DNA of 63,921 bases, filler included, from Octopus bimaculoides (Eukaryota), in assembly GCF_001194135.2 (NCBI RefSeq). It is 7 parts of 6 records of this genome, joined end to end, with 100 filler letters (N's around TTAATTAATTAA, not from the genome) between each part and the next. Parts side by side here need not be neighbours in the genome. Positions count along the whole stretch, not along the records: positions 61,132 to 63,921 come from NC_068987.1; 6 more parts are not named here. One strand, 5' to 3'. Position numbers and translations under genes: made by a program. The notes under the pieces are model-generated. The model did not search any database. It saw only the letters and a list, made by a program, of their open reading frames with translations, and was not told the DNA's origin. Below, in pieces: positions 61,399 to 63,921 of this stretch; positions within the stretch are counted from its first letter, which is position 1, and each line of letters opens with the position of its first letter.

Positions 61399-62100
61399 GA
61401 TCCCAGGCAAACCCGTCATCGACGGGTCTATTTTCAAAGACAATCCAGCGGTGACCATCTTGACATTCCAAATATAGTTTATCACTTTGTTTCTTGTTGA
61501 TTAATCCCAGGCGAGCCCTTATTGAACTGGTCTATTTTCAAAGACAATCCAGTGATGACCATCCTGACTGTCCAGATATGGTTTATCACCCTATTATTTG
61601 TTGTTGTTGTTTAACCCAAGACGAGCTCTTATTGAACAGGTCTATTTTCAAAGACAATCTGGCGATGACCATCCTGCCTTTTCAAATATAGCTTATCACG
61701 CTATTCCAGCCAATTAAATACTATACCAAAGGATTGTTCTTGCCATTGTTGTTTAACCACAGGCGATCCCTTATTGAACAGGTCTATTCTCAAAGACTAT
61801 CCAGCGATGACCATCCTGACTTTCCAGATATAGTTTCTCACTTATTCTACCCAATTAAATACTATACCAAAGGATTGTTCTTGCCATTGTTGCTTAACCA
61901 TAGGTGACCCCTTGTTGAACAGGCCTATTTTCAAAGACGTTCCAGCCATGACCATTCCAACTTTCCAACATGTTATATTATCCAATTAAGTATTTAAATA
62001 CTGCACCGTTCTTGCTTGTTGATGTTGTTGTTGTTGTTTATTAACCCTAGTCAAACTGTTACTGAACAAAGACGTTCTCACTGTGACCATTCTAAATATA
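61397..62100 (+). repeat. Tandem array of six diverged ~103-145-bp units
   Basis: Units start near 61397, 61500, 61610, 61752, 61893 and 62038; shared core attgaacaggtctattttcaaagac.atccagcgatgaccatcctgac. Confidence 0.9.
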
Positions 62101-62371
62101 AATGCTTTGTCCCCCGAGGGTGGTAGCAAACACAAGGGCTGCATCGGGCAGCACACATTCCAGCCATACCACTCTATTGTATAGAGCATTTTGTGAACAA
62201 TAGCGTCGTCGGTTTCAGACAATCACAAGTTCACTGCATTTATAGTGGCGAAAGTAACAAATGAACGTCTGTGAATCTTGGGCCGAGAAAATACCAACAG
62301 AGACTTTGATCGAAAACACTGTCTCCATGCTGTAAACTGGCACGTGCATTGGGATGTACTTTGATTTGCAG

Positions 62372-62697
62372 TGAAGGCGCGTGGCTTAGTGGTTAGGGGC
62401 ATTCGGCTCATGATCGTAAGGTCGTGAGTTCAATTCCCGGTGACGCGTTGTGTCCTTGAGCAAGACACTTTATTTCACGTTGCTCCAGTCCACTCAGCTG
62501 GCAAAAATGAGTAGAACCTGTATTTCAAAGGGCCAGCCTTGTCACACTTTGTGTCACGCTGAATCTCCCCGAGAACTACGTTAAGGGTACACGTGTCTGT
62601 GGATTGCTCAGTCACTTGCACGTTAATTTTGCGAGCAGGCTGTTCCGTTGATCGTATCAGCTGGGACCCTCGTCGTCGCAACCGACGGAGTGCTCCT
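62372..62697 (+). mobile_element. tRNA/CORE-like SINE (head type 2 + tail X) with perfect 15-bp TSD
   Basis: TSD tactttgatttgcag at 62357-62371 and 62698-62712; A/B-box-like head, CORE-like body, and tail shared with 982-1155. Confidence 0.93.
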
Positions 62698-63813
62698 TAC
62701 TTTGATTTGCAGCTTGAGAATATATCTTTTTAGTGTGCGAGCGCGTGCGTGAGTGTGTGTGCATGTTTTGCTGTGTATGTGCTTGCCTGCTCGTATGTAT
62801 CGGTGAAAGATGTAAAGATCGCGAAAGAAACAACAAAACAAAAAAAAAAAAAAGCGATGCTCGTCGAACGAAGTCCCTTGTGACATTTGTTCTGCATCGA
62901 GTTAAAGACACGCCTTTATCACATACTTCCATGAAACTGTAAGTAACCAGGGATTGCCCACTGGAAACCTTCGCAAGAATGCAAACTTCTTCAACGATAA
63001 CATTTTATATTGAAGAAGATTATTTCTGAATTAATAAATGTTGAAAAATAAATAAATAAATACAATACTGGCCATTATATTGAATAACAAAAGTCAAACC
63101 ACGGAGCTTATTGTAAAACATATTTCTTATGTTAACGAGAATCTAACCAATGCAACGTAGACGTGGGAGAAGTAAGTAACCTTGACATACATAGGAACAT
63201 CAACGAGGTTGTGCAGTGTTGAATGCACATTATCTTACTGTTGTGGATTAGCTTTACTGAAACTGAAGATGTTGAAGAAACAAAATGATCTCATTGCTAA
63301 TGTTCACTGTCTACTGTAATAATTTAAATTGTATTGAACGTTAAATCACCCCGGCACTAACATTCAACATCTGTTATATAGAATGACCAAAATAAGTACA
63401 ACGCAGTTAAAGTTGCTGTTTTATCTTATAGTAGATCTTATCTCTATTCTCTTGTTGTAGTTTTAACCAACTTGCAGACCCACTACGAATTCGTTGTGCA
63501 CTTAATAGTTGCATAGCAAGCAACAGGTGGATAATGCATACCTGATTATTACTAAGGCAAATAAGTAGCAAACATGTTTTATGTATGTCCTGTGTGCAAT
63601 TATGTATGTTTGTATGTATATGTAAACAAACGTAGCAGTCACAGCAACACGTCCTTTTTTTTTTTTTTTTTACCTATTTCTCTGTAGATTGAAGAAAATA
63701 ATGAACGACCTTCAACCTAATTGATTTTCTGCCCTCGTTGCTGTTTCATCAGAGATGTCAACAATACTTGACCAATCCCAGAGAATTAATGAGCCATTCT
63801 GTTTATATGAACT

Positions 63814-63921
63814 CGAGGGGGTGCTGAAAAGTTCTTGGCTTTGCCTAAAAGAAAATATAGGAGGATCAGTTAATAATGATTTTATTCAACATATTCCGCT
63901 CTCAGATTCACACACTTATTG
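63814..63921 (-). mobile_element. Mariner terminal inverted repeat and 3' end, continuing past the window
   Basis: cgagggggtgctgaaaagttc is a mariner-type TIR; the following ttattcaacatattcc..tcagattcacacacttattg is typical antisense mariner 3' sequence (from recall). Confidence 0.7.

Noticed and set aside
61397-62100. CRISPR array
   Set aside because: Eukaryotic context, long degenerate units, no unique spacers, no cas genes.

Overview
Eukaryotic, AT-rich, non-genic (intronic or intergenic) DNA. It is very likely from an octopus (inference from recalled SINE families and the very high (TA)n/(CA)n/(TACA)n/(AAT)n/(GAT)n load). About 14% of the window is N. Six identical 100-bp spacers (44 N + TTAATTAATTAA + 44 N) are scaffold joins, so the window is seven separately assembled pieces. 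No intact protein-coding gene, rRNA, true tRNA or CRISPR array is supportable, and nearly all ORF-track entries are microsatellite or gap artefacts. The window is a transposon graveyard. It contains two Penelope-like retroelements (Neptune-type at 2.3-3.8 kb, Naiad-type at 56.6-57.8 kb); a decayed CR1-group LINE (54.0-56.5 kb); five R4/Dong-type fragments next to trinucleotide arrays; Tx1/L1 and NeSL/HERO-like fragments; mariner, Tc1/maT, hAT and Helitron remnants; and about 25 tRNA-derived SINE copies. The most interesting signals are RNA-level and structural. These are several minimal hammerhead-ribozyme motifs (including a palindromic twin-hammerhead element at 41.1-41.4 kb), a LINE and a SINE sharing a 3' tail, head/tail shuffling between SINE families, a TSD-flanked SINE dimer, (AAT)n-targeted insertion, and several long inverted repeats. 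All calls come from manual reading and translation. No searches or folding were run, and element boundaries are approximate (about +/-20 bp) unless a motif is quoted.
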